DNA from: Daphnia carinata
Lineage: Eukaryota
Assembly: GCF_022539665.2 (NCBI RefSeq)
Contig: NC_081333.1
Span: 2,232,001-2,296,000, forward strand
Length of the DNA: 64,000 bases
Direction of reading: 5' to 3'
Shown here piece by piece: positions 44,106-59,255 of the stretch. Each line of letters starts with the position of its first letter. Position 1 is the first letter of the stretch. A program made the translations under genes and the position numbers. A model generated the notes under the pieces. That model was not told the DNA's origin. It saw only the letters and a program-made list of their open reading frames with translations, and ran no database searches.

Positions 44106-45863
44106 ATGAGTGCTGAAGAACACAAGAAACCTGTTTTCCGGGAGCTTCAGGCGGATGATAATGACCCCGAAATCACGGAAATTAGTTCACTTTGTTTCAA
44201 TTGCGGCAAAGACGTAGCAGCTCTCATACTACACTACTAAAAAGAAGCGTTCAAAGCTAACCTGTCTTTCTTTACAGGGTATGACAAAACTGTTGCTGAC
44301 AAAGATACCCTTCTACAAAGAGATCATATTAATGTCATTTGAATGTGAGCATTGTGGTTTTAAGAACAATGAAGTACAGTCGGGTGACAAAATTCAGGAG
44401 AAAGGAGTTCTTATTCAAGTCTCTATCACCTCCCCAATTGACCTAAACAGGCAGGTCATCAAATCAGATTATGCTACTGTTAAAATTCCAGAAATTGAAT
44501 TTGAAGTACCACCCCAATCTAAGAGGGGAGGTAAGTTTTCCGAAAAGTGTTAATAAAAACCTCTCATATGCCAATCTTTTAACTATACTTTAGAAATAAC
44601 AAATATTGAGGGTGTTCTAAGTAGATGCATAGCAGGTCTTGAACAAGACCAACCAGTAAGAAAAGCCTTGGATCCAGAGTCAGCTGAAAAAATTGAAGCC
44701 TTTATACAAGTATTGATTGATACAAAGAAATGTGAAAAGCCTTTTACATTTGTAAGTGTATTCTTGTTCATATGTTGCACCCACTCATTAATTTATTTGA
44801 TAGATTATAGATGACCCTTCTGGAAATAGCTTTGTTGAAAATTTGAATGCTCCACATGTCGACCCTGCTCTGACAATTACGCACTTTGAACGAAACAAAG
44901 AGCAAAATCACCTTGTCGGAATATATGAAGAAGAATTGAAGAAAATCAAAGAAGAAGAAGAAGAGGAAGAAACTGACGCAGGTGTGATGCAGAAAATATA
45001 TTAATTTGACCAGTCGTATATTATACTATTCCTCTTAGTTACCGAAAAAAATGTAACTCCCGATACCTTGGCAGACGAAGTGCTACATTTTGGGACAAAC
45101 TGCCCGTCATGCAACGCACCGTGTGAAACCAACATGAAACTTACCAGTATGTTCATACAATTTTGACGAAAACGAGGCATCGAAAATTTTTTTTTTAGAT
45201 CTCCATCTGTTTTTATCACAGGCATACCATTTTTCAAGGAAGTGATTATCATGGCAACGAACTGTGATGCCTGTGGCCACCGAACCAATGAGGTAAAGTC
45301 AGGTTCGGGTATCAACGAGAAAGGTGTCAAAATAACATTGCGCGTCACCGATCCCATCGATCTCTCGCGTGATGTATTAAAATCGGAAACCTGCTCCATG
45401 TCCATCCCTGAACTAGACTTCGAAGTTGGCGCAGGAACTTTAGGCGGGAAGTTCACAACACTAGAAGGCTTATTGGTTGCCATGAAGGACCAGCTCACTG
45501 GACAAAACCCGTTGTTGTGCGGAGATAGTGCTACGTTAACCTTGAAAGGTGCGTTGAACATTTGTCATAGCAAGTTCGTGGTGCATTGCAATTAAAAGGG
45601 CATATATTTGAACTATACATTGTTACGCAATTTCAGAGCGAATGCAAGAGTTCAACGAAAAACTGGATAACATAATCAGTGGAAAAACATTTGGATGTCG
45701 TATCATCCTCGATGACCCTGCTGGCAATAGCTACTTGCAGAATGTCTACGCACCAGAAGCTGATCCAGAAATGGAAATAGTGTATTACGAACGAACGTTC
45801 GAGCATAACGAGGAACTCGGGTTGAACGACATGAAGTTGGAAGACTATGAAGAAAATGAGTAA
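44106..45863 (+). CDS. ZPR1: Zinc finger protein ZPR1, multi-exon
   Basis: Two ZPR1 units: [41 protein letters not shown] and [14 protein letters not shown]...[27 protein letters not shown]; also [16 protein letters not shown] and [15 protein letters not shown]. Confidence 0.96.
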
Positions 45864-48800
45864 CTTTTAACTTGGCAATGCATTGTCAGTGGTGGTATTT
45901 TTAACAAGGATTGTGAACATATACCTTTGTGGAAAAAGTCTTATGCTTCTATCAATTTCCCAGTCTGTTTTCGAACATGGTTCATTATAGATAATTAGGT
46001 CTCGAATAGGTGACGCAGTCCGTCAAACATCAACGAAATCGAAACTCACTGAATTACAGTCACGTGGGATGCGTACGTTTGCCAAGCAACCCATGCTTTG
46101 TCAATTTATGCGTCGTAAGTCCTCAAACAGGGGCAAGAAATGACTAAACGTTCGTTTGAACATACGTCACAACAACGGTACAGTAGGTAAGACAAGATTC
46201 AATTTCACGTATTGACTGAGGAGTATGCCTTTCATTTCCAGTTGGTTTATCATCATGTTTCCAAACGGTTTATGTTACCAAAACTACAGTATTTGCAGTA
46301 ATATTATTTGGTTCAAATTGGAAAACTTGTATGGTTATCTAATTCAAAAGAGGATCTCGGTAGTCGTACGGAAAGCATCAGGTGAGTCAACGGACATTTC
46401 GTTTGCAACAACAATCTATTGAAAGGATCCCCATCTAAATAATCACATCTACTTACTTGATTGCGTGCTGAATCGTCATCACTATAAACCAATAATGCAA
46501 TCCACTTAACCTGTAGAGACGTGCTTCCTCTCGCAAGTTTAAATTATTGCCGATTGGTTAAATCGTTAAAGCTACTACGCCCTATTCGCTCGGAGCAGGA
46601 TATAACCTTCCAGAACCTATTCACATGTTATAAACCATCTTTCTTCCGTGATCACACTCATTCACCCGATCGATCAAACAAGTGCCCTTTTCTAAAGTAG
46701 AATACTGGTATGGAATTGTTTAAAAATTGCCTAACAAAATGTCGACACACTTGAGAATAAAATTAGACAAGAGAAATGAAATTCCAGGAAGCCTACCATA
46801 TAACCTTTTGCGTTGCCAAGGAGATACACATTTCGTCGCTTTATTTCCTTTCTCCGCACTTTAATTGACTCTTGGCGTCCGACTAGGAGAAAATAACGAC
46901 CAACGAGAAAACAAGACAAAAAAAACGTTAGTTCTGTATGTTTTCCAATGACATAGCTTTACGTTTGTCGGAGGGACAAACAATCGAAAGACGAACGTTT
47001 ACGGCCCTGCCTTCGATCTTTACGTCACAGGTTGCAATGCATGGGCGTCAGGCACGTACCAAGCTACATTATACAGAATAATTTATGGGTTTACTATTTC
47101 CTGTATCCAGGATCATCAATCTCAATCCTCATGCTCAAGTGGGCCAGTTTTATCAGCAACATTCTTGCTTGCAAATTGCCAATGTTTTCTTTTCTAAGAT
47201 AATTTTGCTATTTGGATACTTTCATATTATTGTTGCGGACGAATTGCTTTGACTTGTTGAACATTGAGCGGAGATTTAGGTTGGAGCATGTTCAGTGAAA
47301 CGTCCACTGCTTCACTATGGATAAGTTGTATGACTAACAATGGCCTTTTTGGTCATTTGACGGGAAAATGATTACTGGTAAACAATCCTGAATTGAAGCC
47401 ATATGAATCCTTGATTTTCTAGCCGTAAGAGACCAAGAATCAGCATTTCATTTCTGCTCTATACAAAGGAAAAGGAAAAATACAAAAAGCGATTGGTTTC
47501 TGCATCGGAATAAACGGAACTCTCGTGGGCTTCAAAGGTCGATGAACGAAGAAAACAACAAAACAGCAAATAAAATGGGCCGACGACTATAAAAAAAAAG
47601 CAAACACTGGGATTGACGAGCACTATGTACAAAAACGATAGATCCTACCGATCGTGCTCGGAGGCTCTCTCTCTCATCGCTCCAGTGAGAGAATATAAAT
47701 TCTGCAAAGGCACGACAGCGGATGTAGAGAAATCGAATTGATTCCGGGAATAGTTGCACTAGGATCAATTTGCTTTGTGCAAACAAGGAGCGAGAGTAAG
47801 GACACGTACGGGAAATGGCAACCAAACAAAATCGTATCAACGGCATGAGCTATTCTTTCTTCATTAAGAAAGGTCCGAGAATATAGCCGAGGCTGGGTAG
47901 TTACAGCAGAGGGAAAATAGTTTGTTTAATTAGCGGAGAATGTCAGGCGATAAGACCACGTGAACAAATAAGCCTCTTTGCGTTCCCTTCTTTGAGGAGC
48001 CCTTTCTTTATTTGCATTTGATATCCCACAAGATATTATTCAAGGATTGCTTTTCTCCTCTTGCAACTGCGTTTCTGCTAATTTGAATGTCGGAACGATG
48101 TACTTCACGCAGACGGCCCAATGTTATTTCCGTCTTTCGATTTAAAAATAAAATGATTTTTGGTTTGTGTTATCCGACAGAAAAAATTATACCGTCCTTT
48201 GAACCGTTGAATATATCGGCCGAATAAATAACACTGAACCAGTGATGAGAAATGCAAAGCAATTACACCATATACAGGGTCATTAGGTACTGATGTATTA
48301 GGTTGCCAATTTCAACAGGGCTATCATCGTAGCCGAAAATGAAACATGAAAAAAACAAAACAAACATTAACAACGCACACACAAAAGTGCAATAGGGAAA
48401 CGTTCGACAAATGGGAGGACTATTTATTTGTACGTATACTGTTGTCGCACGTAAATAAAGAAGTACCCGACGAGCACACGATTGAAAGAAATAGTTGTTG
48501 GATAGCCGCACGGAGGGACGCCGATAACCGCGAGATCAACTGCATGCGTGTACAGTTACGGGCTCAGTTGTGACGTACACGCTGCGCGTTCGACTAGTTT
48601 AAACGGAGGCCATCGGACGTCGAGTGCTTTTTTGAAAAGTGTTTGTGCTTTGGCTGTAATAAACTGTAGGAAATGGTGGAGGGTTCCATTCATTTCCGTA
48701 GCAGTTGCAATGATTGGTTTCTCGGCAATCACGACATGGACTCAGTTTATATCATCAAAATGTCGTGGTTGTCGATAAATCCGTTGATGATGAACAACGT

Positions 48801-49550
48801 GTGTGGGGAAACGAATGAAGTAATCAAGCGGGCTTGTTTAATGAGGCAAACAGAAGATCAATAACCATAAAACAGGTAAATAAGTAGCGATGGTAAGAGA
48901 AGACGTGAGATATTTACAGTCGGCGTGACCAAATGAAACCGACTCGACATGCGTAGCAAGTGATGTTACATAAGTTAGATACAATTTACAGATGAACGAT
49001 TGAAGCGAATTATTTCGAATGTCAAGAGTGATACAAGGAAACGTTTGGTCGGACATGCTACCCGAAATTTGTTTAGAAAACTGTGGGACATATCGCTATG
49101 TTAATTTTACATTGCTGATCATTTGCAGTGAAACGGATGCTAAACTAAGATGAAAAAAAGAACCAAAGAATAAATTTAATCGCGCGTTGGCTTTTGCAGA
49201 TTCTTCGTGTTAGAGGTCGCTGTGCAGAACGTGACTTGATCCGTTAACTCGGACGTTATGTTGGCAGGAAACGACTGAATCAACTGTTCGAGACGAAGCG
49301 ATCGTTCCTATAAGTGTGCCAGTACGCAAGGGAGAAATAAAACGCGTGTTCTTAATCATCTTCGTGCGTCATTCGCAATCACATTCGCAACATATATAGG
49401 CTCGAGAGTGAACGAAATGAAACTGTATATATGCCATACTGATTTTGATCTTAAATATAGCGATAAGCAAAAGCGTTGATTTAAAAAAAATGTTTGCGTG
49501 ATTCATGCGGCCATTTCGTTCAAATAGGCAAATTCAAATGACAATCCAAG

Positions 49551-52500
49551 TTACGCAACTGTACCGCAGATTGTCAGTATGGGATATTGTGTACCTTGTT
49601 TACCATCGGATTTGGTCGAGTTTTGGCTTTTGGTGAAAGGCCCGTCCAACTTGATGGAGCCCTTGATGACGATCTGTACATCATCGCCGGCGCTGCTGTC
49701 ACATCCGTCGTCATCGGTTCGGTTGACGACGATGGTCGAAGAGGCGCAAATTTCTTGTTGGATCGTCGCGAGCACGGGATTCGATAACTCGAATGTTTCC
49801 TGTGGGGCGATCGAACGACCCACATTCCCAGACATTGGTGGAATTCGCGAACGCGAATCGTTATGGCCAAATCCGCGTTCAGAGTTGCGTCCGCGTCGTG
49901 TGAAGACGCTGTTCTCGCCCGTCAGCGCTTTGTTGACTTCCCTCCGTTCGGCGCACGTACAAGCCTTCATCGATAAATAGCATTTTAATAAGCAATTCGA
50001 ATTTCATTTTCATAAGAGCATCTTACCTTCATAAAGCTCTTTTTAAAGTTGTCTGACAAAAAAGCGTAAAGTATTGGATTGACGGCTGAATTGGAGTAGC
50101 CTAGGCAACCGGCCAGCAAGAAAACAGCCACAATGTAGGGCGACTGTGACGCTTTCGGGGGCGTGAAAATCAGCGACACCTGCGAAACCCAATAAGGTAA
50201 CCAACAGAGAACGTAGACCGTGACGACAGTGAGGACTAGTCGAGTCACTTTGCGATGGGATCGCCGCTTTTCTTTTGACTTGTTCGTCGGTCCGACCGTC
50301 TGATGTAATTGTTTGCCATTTAAATACTGCGTTTAAGACAAACTATTGTTTTTGCGTACCTTTAATTTTCTAATGACTAAGATGTAAAACACCAAGATGA
50401 GGATGAGTGGAATGGCGAACGCTAACGTGAACGTGTAGAGCGTGAAAGCGGCCTGTCCGTTCATGTACTCGTTTTCAGGCCAGTAAATATTACAGCTAAC
50501 TATAGGGCTGGTCATGTGGGCATCGAGTGCATCTTCAGCACCATTTTCGACGGCCAAAGACGACGTGACCCTCGTGTGATTTTTCATCCATGAAGCGATC
50601 GTAGTGGCCGAGCCATTAGACCAATACAGAGTGTCAATTACACGAGAATCATTGAGGCTGCCGACGGCCCAATCCGAATGCACTTGCTGAGTGTGGGCGT
50701 ACAGGAATATTGGCACAATCATGAGGAACGATATGCCCCAAGTCGTCATTGATACCACCTGTCAAATGCAATAAAATTAATAACAAGTCAGCGGGCTCAA
50801 TTGAAATGTTGTCAGTATCATTTTTCGATTGGCCGAACATCTTGTCTGTATGAAAGGAAGAAACTTGAGTGCACTAAAAAAGTAAAAGATCCTTGAATGA
50901 AACGAGGCTAGTTATAGCATTGCCTCTGTCACGGACGCGAACAACTTTGGCACGTGACAGCAGGAAACTTTACACTGTTCGTCACGTCCGGTTTTCCGCC
51001 GAGAAAAGGAAATACCAAAAAAGCGTAAAAAGCCCAAAGGCAAGGATGAAGAGTGCTTTTCGTTTTTTGTTCTCAAGCATCGTGAAAGACGTAAAAAACA
51101 AAAGCTATAGAACTATAGGGTAGCTTGGTTGATTTGCCAATTTATCATGGACTTCTTCCAGCCTGCAGTAGCACACTTTTCAAAAATCTATTTGCAAAAA
51201 AAAATACGGCAAACTCAGCCACCCAGCGGACACATAAAAATACGCTGATGTGGTTTCGTAAAGTGGTAAAAGAAAAAACGAGGTAATCTACAGTGATATG
51301 GAAAATGAATTCCAAGTTGAGTTTATGGTCGAGAGTTATATAGCTTTCGGGTATTTTTTTTTTTTAGTGCTGAACGCAACATTCGTTACAATGTTACGCA
51401 GAACGACAGACGAATCCTTTCAGGTTTTCTACTGACGTGATTGGATTTCTTGCTGCACGATTAATCCTACAGTTGTTGTAATATTGACCAAATTCTTTTG
51501 ACGTAGAAACGAATTTCGTCTGTGTGTGTATGGTTTTTCTTCTTTACAATGCATAACATACCGGACATCTCATACATCACCCGTACATCCAACCCTACAT
51601 GACATGGTCACATAATAACACGAATGCAGCTCCAGAAAAATTCGGAGCTGGACGAGCTTGACAAAAGACGACACAAATCAGAACTGGCTGCTGTACAATA
51701 GTTGGGAGGGAGCGCGGAAAAAACGTCTATTAATTGTATCCCGAAGGCATAGAACCGTACCGGACAAAAGAAAATACATTTTAAATTTCATCTTATAAAG
51801 AAATATTGAAAAAAAAAGAGATCGATTTGGAACGTGTTGAAATGTAGCAATAACCCAATGGCTATGCAAAGGAATAAAACATTGTAATTAGATTTACATT
51901 TAAATAGAGACGCATCGTCCCCTCTCTTTCCTACCTATTGCACTCTGTCAAGATAACAGTGTTCTGTATGCAAACCATCGCCGTACCCTGGTCTGTTTTA
52001 GTTGGTTTCTCTGTGCTTTTACATATGCGAACGTTGGAAGTCGGTAACCTTTGATTATATATACACTGCGGTATATAACAACGTGATCAATAGAATACAT
52101 AATGAGTATAAGGTATTCTTTTGTTAGCTTCAAAAGTTGACTTTAAGAGTTACCCTAGCGAGTCGTTATAACAACACAGCGCTGCTTCGTCACAAGATAA
52201 AAGAAATGAACTTACTTTAGCGATGAAGGGCGTCCGGAATGTGGATGAATCAATGGGATGACAAACGGCTATGTAGCGGTCGGCACTCATCACCGTTAAC
52301 AGCAAAGAGCTGGTGAACTGGTTGACTGACGTGGTCGTCATGTAAATCTGTGTCATAATAAAGAAAGTACAAAATCTGAATAATTCATTTGGTTCGTTTG
52401 ACGATGGCAATGTCTCGCGTTTTACCTTGCACATGACGTTACCGAAAGGCCAGTATCCTAATCCCATTGTGGTCATAATGAAAGGTATCCCAATCAGGAA

Positions 52501-52805
52501 ACATTCATCGGCCACGGCCAAATTTAAAATGTACAAATTGGTGACCGTCTGCATTTTGGTGTAACGGAGAACGACGTAGATAACGAGCGTGTTACCCAAC
52601 AGCCCGACAACAAAGACGGTGCCGTACAAACACTTTCATGTCAATTCAATTATAGTTAAGAAAAAAAGAAATGATGATCTGACAAAATCATGTATACCTG
52701 GACAAAATAGAAGAGGAATGCTCCCAATAAAGGAATTTCGTAATCGTTGGTCACCAAATCTGGCACATCGCTCGTGTCGTTGACCCACGGTGCCGTATTG
52801 TCCAT
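49551..52805 (-). CDS. AstC-R: Allatostatin-C receptor / somatostatin-receptor-like class A GPCR, multi-exon
   Basis: MDNTAPW...[142 protein letters not shown], and ACTCA. Confidence 0.92.
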
Positions 52806-55800
52806 GATTCCCCTGCAATACAGCCAATTGGAGTATACGATAAAAAGCGATCGCTCAATTGCTTCTATAATCTTTTTTGGGCTATTTTGTTTTATTGTTT
52901 AACGATATGCTGGACGTATCTAGCACGAGCCTCTACGACCTCTAGTAATCCCTTTTTTGTCAAGCATATACATTTCTAAATATACAGCCTGTGTTGGTCC
53001 TGCTCATAAATCTAACTTTGCCGTATATATTTGAGATCTTAATCGGATTGGTGGCGAAATAACAGCATTTTGTAGGAAGAGATTACAATTATCCAGCAAA
53101 CGGAATGGAAATGTTTGTCAATAATATTTGCCCGAATTTGCGCAGTTGGCGTGAATAGCAGCCTGTTTCGTATACGCTTGATTCCAAGGGGAATGAATTC
53201 AATTGTGATTGGCATACTCGAGAAGAAATGTTAAGTAAAAAGAAAAACATCAGCTTATTTTTGCGGCATATCGTATGCATATGGGAAAACCACTTTGCCC
53301 TTTTTCATTCAAACACGAACTCTGAGTTATATCTCTCTGCTATTTCTTGTTGATTCGCTCGCTGATGGAAGCCTGCTCCCATAAGGGAAAGCAAAAGCAG
53401 CTTAGATGATCACAGTGTCGGCACCACTATTTAAATTATCGACCGGCTAAAATTGGGAGACTTGCCGGCCAGCTGTTGTCGTGCGGAACGCAAAGCATTT
53501 AGACGGAGCAATCGATCGACCCCGTTTTTCTTGATCATTTTGCGAACACGGGAAGAAGAGCAGTCTTGCCTATTAAGCGATGAGGAAGTCACGAATACAA
53601 AGGCGTCACAATCGATAACTTACAGCTGTCTGATTTCCATTCGAGCAAAACAAAACCTTCTCTTTGAGCGGAAAAATTTCTTATTCCATTCACAAGAGTT
53701 GCTCTTCTTGATCAGCCTCCAACTCGTACGTACATTCTCTTTTTTTTGTCGATAGATGAGCAAAAAATGTTTTGAAGAGAGACCATCCGTCACACCCTGC
53801 TTCGACTGCGCCATTCAATTTAGCCACGGTGTCAAAAACACCGCACTTAAAATTCTTTTTTTGTTTCGACAATTTCATTTCATTTATGAAAACGATCCTA
53901 GATGGTAAGAGGGGAAGAAAAGAAAAGTTGGGCTCTTGTAGATGCGTTGTCATCGCTGTCCTTATCCAGGATTGATGGTTGGTCTCCCAATTTATCCCAA
54001 TGTCCTCTTCACTATAGTGTCTGCGTGATAGATTGCGTGATTTGAAGCAAAGAGGCCAACTGGAGGGCCTGCGTTTTTTCTTCGCAAATTCACGAGGCGG
54101 TTCGGTTATAATTCTCTTCTGTGCGAAAATAGTTTGCGGGGAAAGGCGGACAAGCCAAAGAAATCGATTCAATGTCCTCTAAGTGTATCATTCACTTCTA
54201 TGGAAGAATGACGTCACGTCTGGACGTCGTGTTATCGTTTGGCTATATCTTATTGGGCATTGCTCAAATGTATACAGCAATCAGCCATTGCACATCTATC
54301 AACAGTCTTTGCCAATCTCTTTTCTTTTGAGGATGTCATTGATCACAGCTGGTGAACTACATGGACAAATGAAGGTCACACGAAGAAAAGAAAAAGGGGG
54401 GAATTGAGCTGCGTGAGTTGTCTCGTCATAAGAGATGAAAAGCGTGACAGGCTGTTTCCATCTTTTATTCGGGATCGTCCGTGCAACGAACTCAGAATAA
54501 TAGGAAACCGGTAACCAGCAACCAGTTCGATTATGACGTTGAGTCTTTTCTTTGGAATGGAATAAAGAAAAACCTTCGTGTAATCACCTATACCCAATAT
54601 AGTAACTAACATGATTCTAATTTTGTTTGATATCAAGCCCTAGTCATTGAATGAGACCTGTACCAAAAAAGGAAGCAATAGTTTTAACTTGTGACATGCG
54701 TACATAATTAGCTATTAAAAATCGAGTTAGAAAAAACGCCAATCAATGTCGTCCTATATTGGGGGAAAAAATTGCATAGAGAGCGTTGAATAATCGAGTT
54801 ACGCCCAACGCGCTATATGCATGAAAAGGTTTTAAAAGTTTTGGACGTACAAAGCACTGCGTGCGTCTCATCTTTTCAAGACTCACGAGAAGCTTCTACG
54901 AAAACAACAAAGAAAGTGAACATAGGCATATGGGAATAGACTGTGGCAACATCAAGGTTGTTTGTTGTCGATGTATAATGAAGGGCCGTTGAATATTCGA
55001 TGTCTTTCCACAAACCCAAAGGTGCACTGGGATCCATGCCTTTAGACTTTGAATTATTTTATGGCCTTCAGAAGGATTGCCTTTGAAAGTTGTTGAATAC
55101 GTGAGTATGTTGGGCTTATATGTCCTGCGTATTCATTAGGATGCTCCACATCTGTGTTAACAAACTCTGGTTGGACCTTCGGGTCACAAAGAAGTAACAA
55201 CGCATCCATATACCATATACATCTAGCGTTAGATAAATCACACAATTATGATGGATGACAGTAGCGTCTAACTCGTGACAGGCAATCAAACAAGCCGTCT
55301 GGCTTTTTATTTTGCTTTCTTTCTTTCGCATAACGTTGGTTGTACGTCTGGCTAAGATCAAACACTGGCACATCACCGTATACAATCAAAAGTGTGACAT
55401 GGCTCTTGTCAAGAACTCTGATTAGATTCGGAGTTTCGACAGAACACGGTTTGAAATCCGTAATCTATGACGAAAATTGGCGATAGGGTGAACATATTAA
55501 CTGAAGACTTGACGAATGAGAAAGTCGGAAACAGATTTATTAGTAAAACGCACCTCCAGTCGTTTAAGTGATGGATTTGGATTCTGAGAAATATTTTGAT
55601 CAGTTTACAGATATCTGATTCTGTGAGAGCGAGTCTTGTTAGGAAAAAATGTGACTGAACGCCATGTCGGAAGGATTTTCTTTTTAATGGGATTTGTTTG
55701 TCTGTTTTCGTTCATCTCTCGGGACAACAAGGATCGAAAACTTTCTTTTTCTTTTCTGGATTGGTTGACAGTCTATATTGCTTTTTGCCTTTCAACTTTC

Positions 55801-58800
55801 CTGCCATTGATTCACTACTTTTATTGTAGCCCGTTTTTTTTTACAATGCCAGCATCGTCGTTGGATGTTGCACAGGCACACGAAAACAAAAAGGAAATTC
55901 GATTTCGATGGTGGGGTTTTTTTGTTCGTGTCTGTATAGAGTAAAAGCCAATATGTACACGTAGATCTATCATTTTTCGAGCCCAAACCAGTCTCGCTTT
56001 CTTACTCTTTATTCACTACTATGTCTTTCAATTAGTTTCTTTTAACAAATCGAATTTTAGAGTATTCCGGCTTGAAGCACTACTAAGGGCTCCCTTTGTG
56101 CATAAATACAGCAATATGAGTTTCTAATTGCATTCAACATCGAGTTCTTTACCTCTTAAAAAAAATTAAGTTGTTTCACGAACGGCCTTTTGCAGTGTAC
56201 TGTCAATAGATAAACTCAGTTAGCTATGACGTCTGATTGGCGTTCGTATAAATCGATAGAGCACAAGGCCAAAAAGATGGAGTTTAGATCTACATAAAGT
56301 ATAGGTTTCAATGACCTGTTTTCTTTTGAATAACGACACTCCTTCAGGTGTGATGCACCTGTCGAAGTAGTCAACTTGTTATTCCAAGAATTGCAAAGTT
56401 TTTAGCTATATATATACCGCGTCTTTATTGATCTGACATTCTCGGAGGGGGACATTATATAGCCGACGATGAATCATCTCTATAGTAATAAGGGGAAAAG
56501 CTTTTTTGGACTTTTATAAACGATGCGAAAGAGAAGAAAGAAATGGTGGTGCGTCCATTACGATCGTTTCCGTATAAAAATGTCGGTAGCGATCTTTCTG
56601 TGTTAGACGATTGTGTGCAATGACCCAATTTCTGCTGTTACGGTAACATTTTCAGGTCACTTCCACATCTATTACAAAGCCGCTCGATTAAACACGGCAC
56701 GAATTCAAAACGGATTAGATATACGAAGGTATAAGTGTTCATCAGGTCGTTTGGAAAATAGATCTGTCTTAATTTAGCAGTGACGCTTCGACGTAAGCTA
56801 GCAAAAAGCCATCACAGCACGATATTGTCCGATAGAAATTCATTACGCTTGACGCAGCAACGGATTAACCAGCCTTGGTTATAACAACAGGAGACGAGGT
56901 AAAGAAATAAGCCCTCAAGGGATATAGGTGAAGAACAGCTTGCCAGGGAATTAGATCGTGTCGCTTGTTGACGTCGATATGACGATCCAGTGTCCTCTTT
57001 TTGGACAGATTTGTTTGACTGTAAATAGTGAGTTACGAAATGCTGTTACATGCAGAGCTGAGGGGAAGTGTGTACACCTCTTGGGGAAATGAAACAATGT
57101 TACGTACAGTCTTTTATTCTTATGCCCCCCTCTTTGTCAAATCAAAGTCACATTGGTATGTCATCACCTTCAGTGGATTCGATTACGTTACGTCCGGGAG
57201 TATAACAGGCATTCTCGTCTGAAAGCAAAAGCCTTTCAAATTGAGGCATCGCTTTGAATCGTTTGATGCCTAGATTGTCAGGTGACCGTATTCGTATACA
57301 GGAATGAGATCTGGTGATGTCAAAAAGTTCATTGCATCACGCAACGTTCACTAAGACATGGAGTACAATAAGAACGGTATTACATTAAAGATTACAATAG
57401 AGTAAGTCACCTTTTATTTCTCAAACGGTTTGAAGTGTTGCGTAGCTCTATAGCTCATATATAGCTATCGTGATCAGTACATGCGATCGATTTGCCTTAT
57501 AATTTTCAACTATTAAATATGCAGTGGTAGTGTGTATATTCCTAGGAAAGCCTCACTATTGTTTGCTCAATATTCGTCGTTTCAAAACCAGGCTCAACAA
57601 TCTTTTCTTCTCTGTTGCATCAAGGCGTTAAGATCTGTTTGTTTAGTGTTCGTGATGCTCCATAATGATCGAGCTGTACGTTCGTGGTATTGTAGATGAT
57701 GGGTTTAAACGTAAATCGATTCTCCCAATCACTTATGCCTATTGCAGTTTTCTTCTATGCAAATAAAATTTAATGGCTAATGTAGAGGAATTTAGGCAAA
57801 CAACTGCGAAACGTCAAAGTGATGAAAAAAAAAACGTAATCAGATATGTCAATGAAATGCAAAAACACTTTTTCTTTTTTAATCTTGCCATCAAACATAC
57901 GGACGAGAAAAAAAAATAAGATCTACGGTGCACTCGGCACAACCGCAGTTAATTCAACCGAAAGTGCAATGAAACAACAGCGTTCGTGACTTTGCGAATT
58001 GCCAAATGCGTACAAACAAACAAAAGGGAAATGATAAAACTAAGTTAGAAAGCCAACGCCTGTCGCTTATGTGATGAATTGCGCGTTTCACTGCGGAAAA
58101 AAATGCACGTTCAAACATGCGGTATAATTTTGCATGGCATTTGGTGGAAGGTGAATGCGGTAACCAGAAGCCATGACCTCGAGAACCATTACGGCAATCA
58201 TGCAGCTGTTTTCCGGAGTCATCTCATTTAACAAAGTTCGTGTTCTTAATGTATATCGTCTGTCCGGGAGTTAAAACGTGCATGAATACAAGCAGATAAT
58301 TTTTTTAACAGTCAAAAATGGAAGAATGACGCATCTATAACAACAACCGCAAACTAGGACTCTTATATAGCGTTCAGGTAACGTGAGCTTTTTAATTTTG
58401 TGAGGATGTTATAGGTCTTTTTTTTGTGGATTGAGTATGGAGAACTAAAGAATATTTATGATAGATCTATGCTTTATAAAAAAAAGCATGCATTTAGGCG
58501 TGTAATAGGTTTCCGAGGCAAATAGAAAATGCAAAAGCGCTTCTTAACAACCAATTTGATAATTCTATACGGTTGATGCAACTCCAGTTTTTTCTTCCAG
58601 ATTTGATCCTTTTTGTGTGACCCTCTGCGAGAAAAGAAAACACAAATAAAAGGGAGACAATTTACAAGGTTTCTTAGCGTCGCTGTCTCTCAGAAGAAAA
58701 GCTGATTTGAGAACTCCTTACACGTGTATGCGTTTTACTTTCAAACGCGACAATTACGCGTGCAATTTTAAGACATTCTCCTGATATCATATTATATGCC

Positions 58801-59255
58801 CACTTGGGAAACGAGTGGCCCGAAATCTTTGACAAAAGAAAATAGTTCACTTAACACCAATTTCACAACATTTACGAATGAAGGACTGTTCACGCAACTC
58901 ACGCTAGATAAATCATTATTCCATATAGACGAGGCCCAATGACGAAGCGTGACAAGAAACCTAGTGGCGACCACACCCTAAATTGTGCAGCTCTTGGCCA
59001 GCCAGTGACGCGTACATGTATGCCTCATACTGTCGTATATGCAAATCGCGACTTAGCATCCAACGTCACTCTATTATTAACACCACCCCGTCTTGAATTC
59101 TACGGACTTCGCATGAGATTCGAAGAAATAGAATTATCAGCAAGCTGTATAGTCAGTAAGCTAAACATCAAGTACCATGGATAAACAACTGAACACTCCC
59201 TTGTTTTGCAATTTGCTGTCCCAGCAAAATACAATTTGAATAGGACATGCTAAAT

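Noticed and set aside
52633..52697. GPCR intron with TTCTTAAC and a purine-rich acceptor as a U12-type intron
   Set aside because: The donor is GTATACAT, not GTATCCTT; more likely a weak U2 intron.
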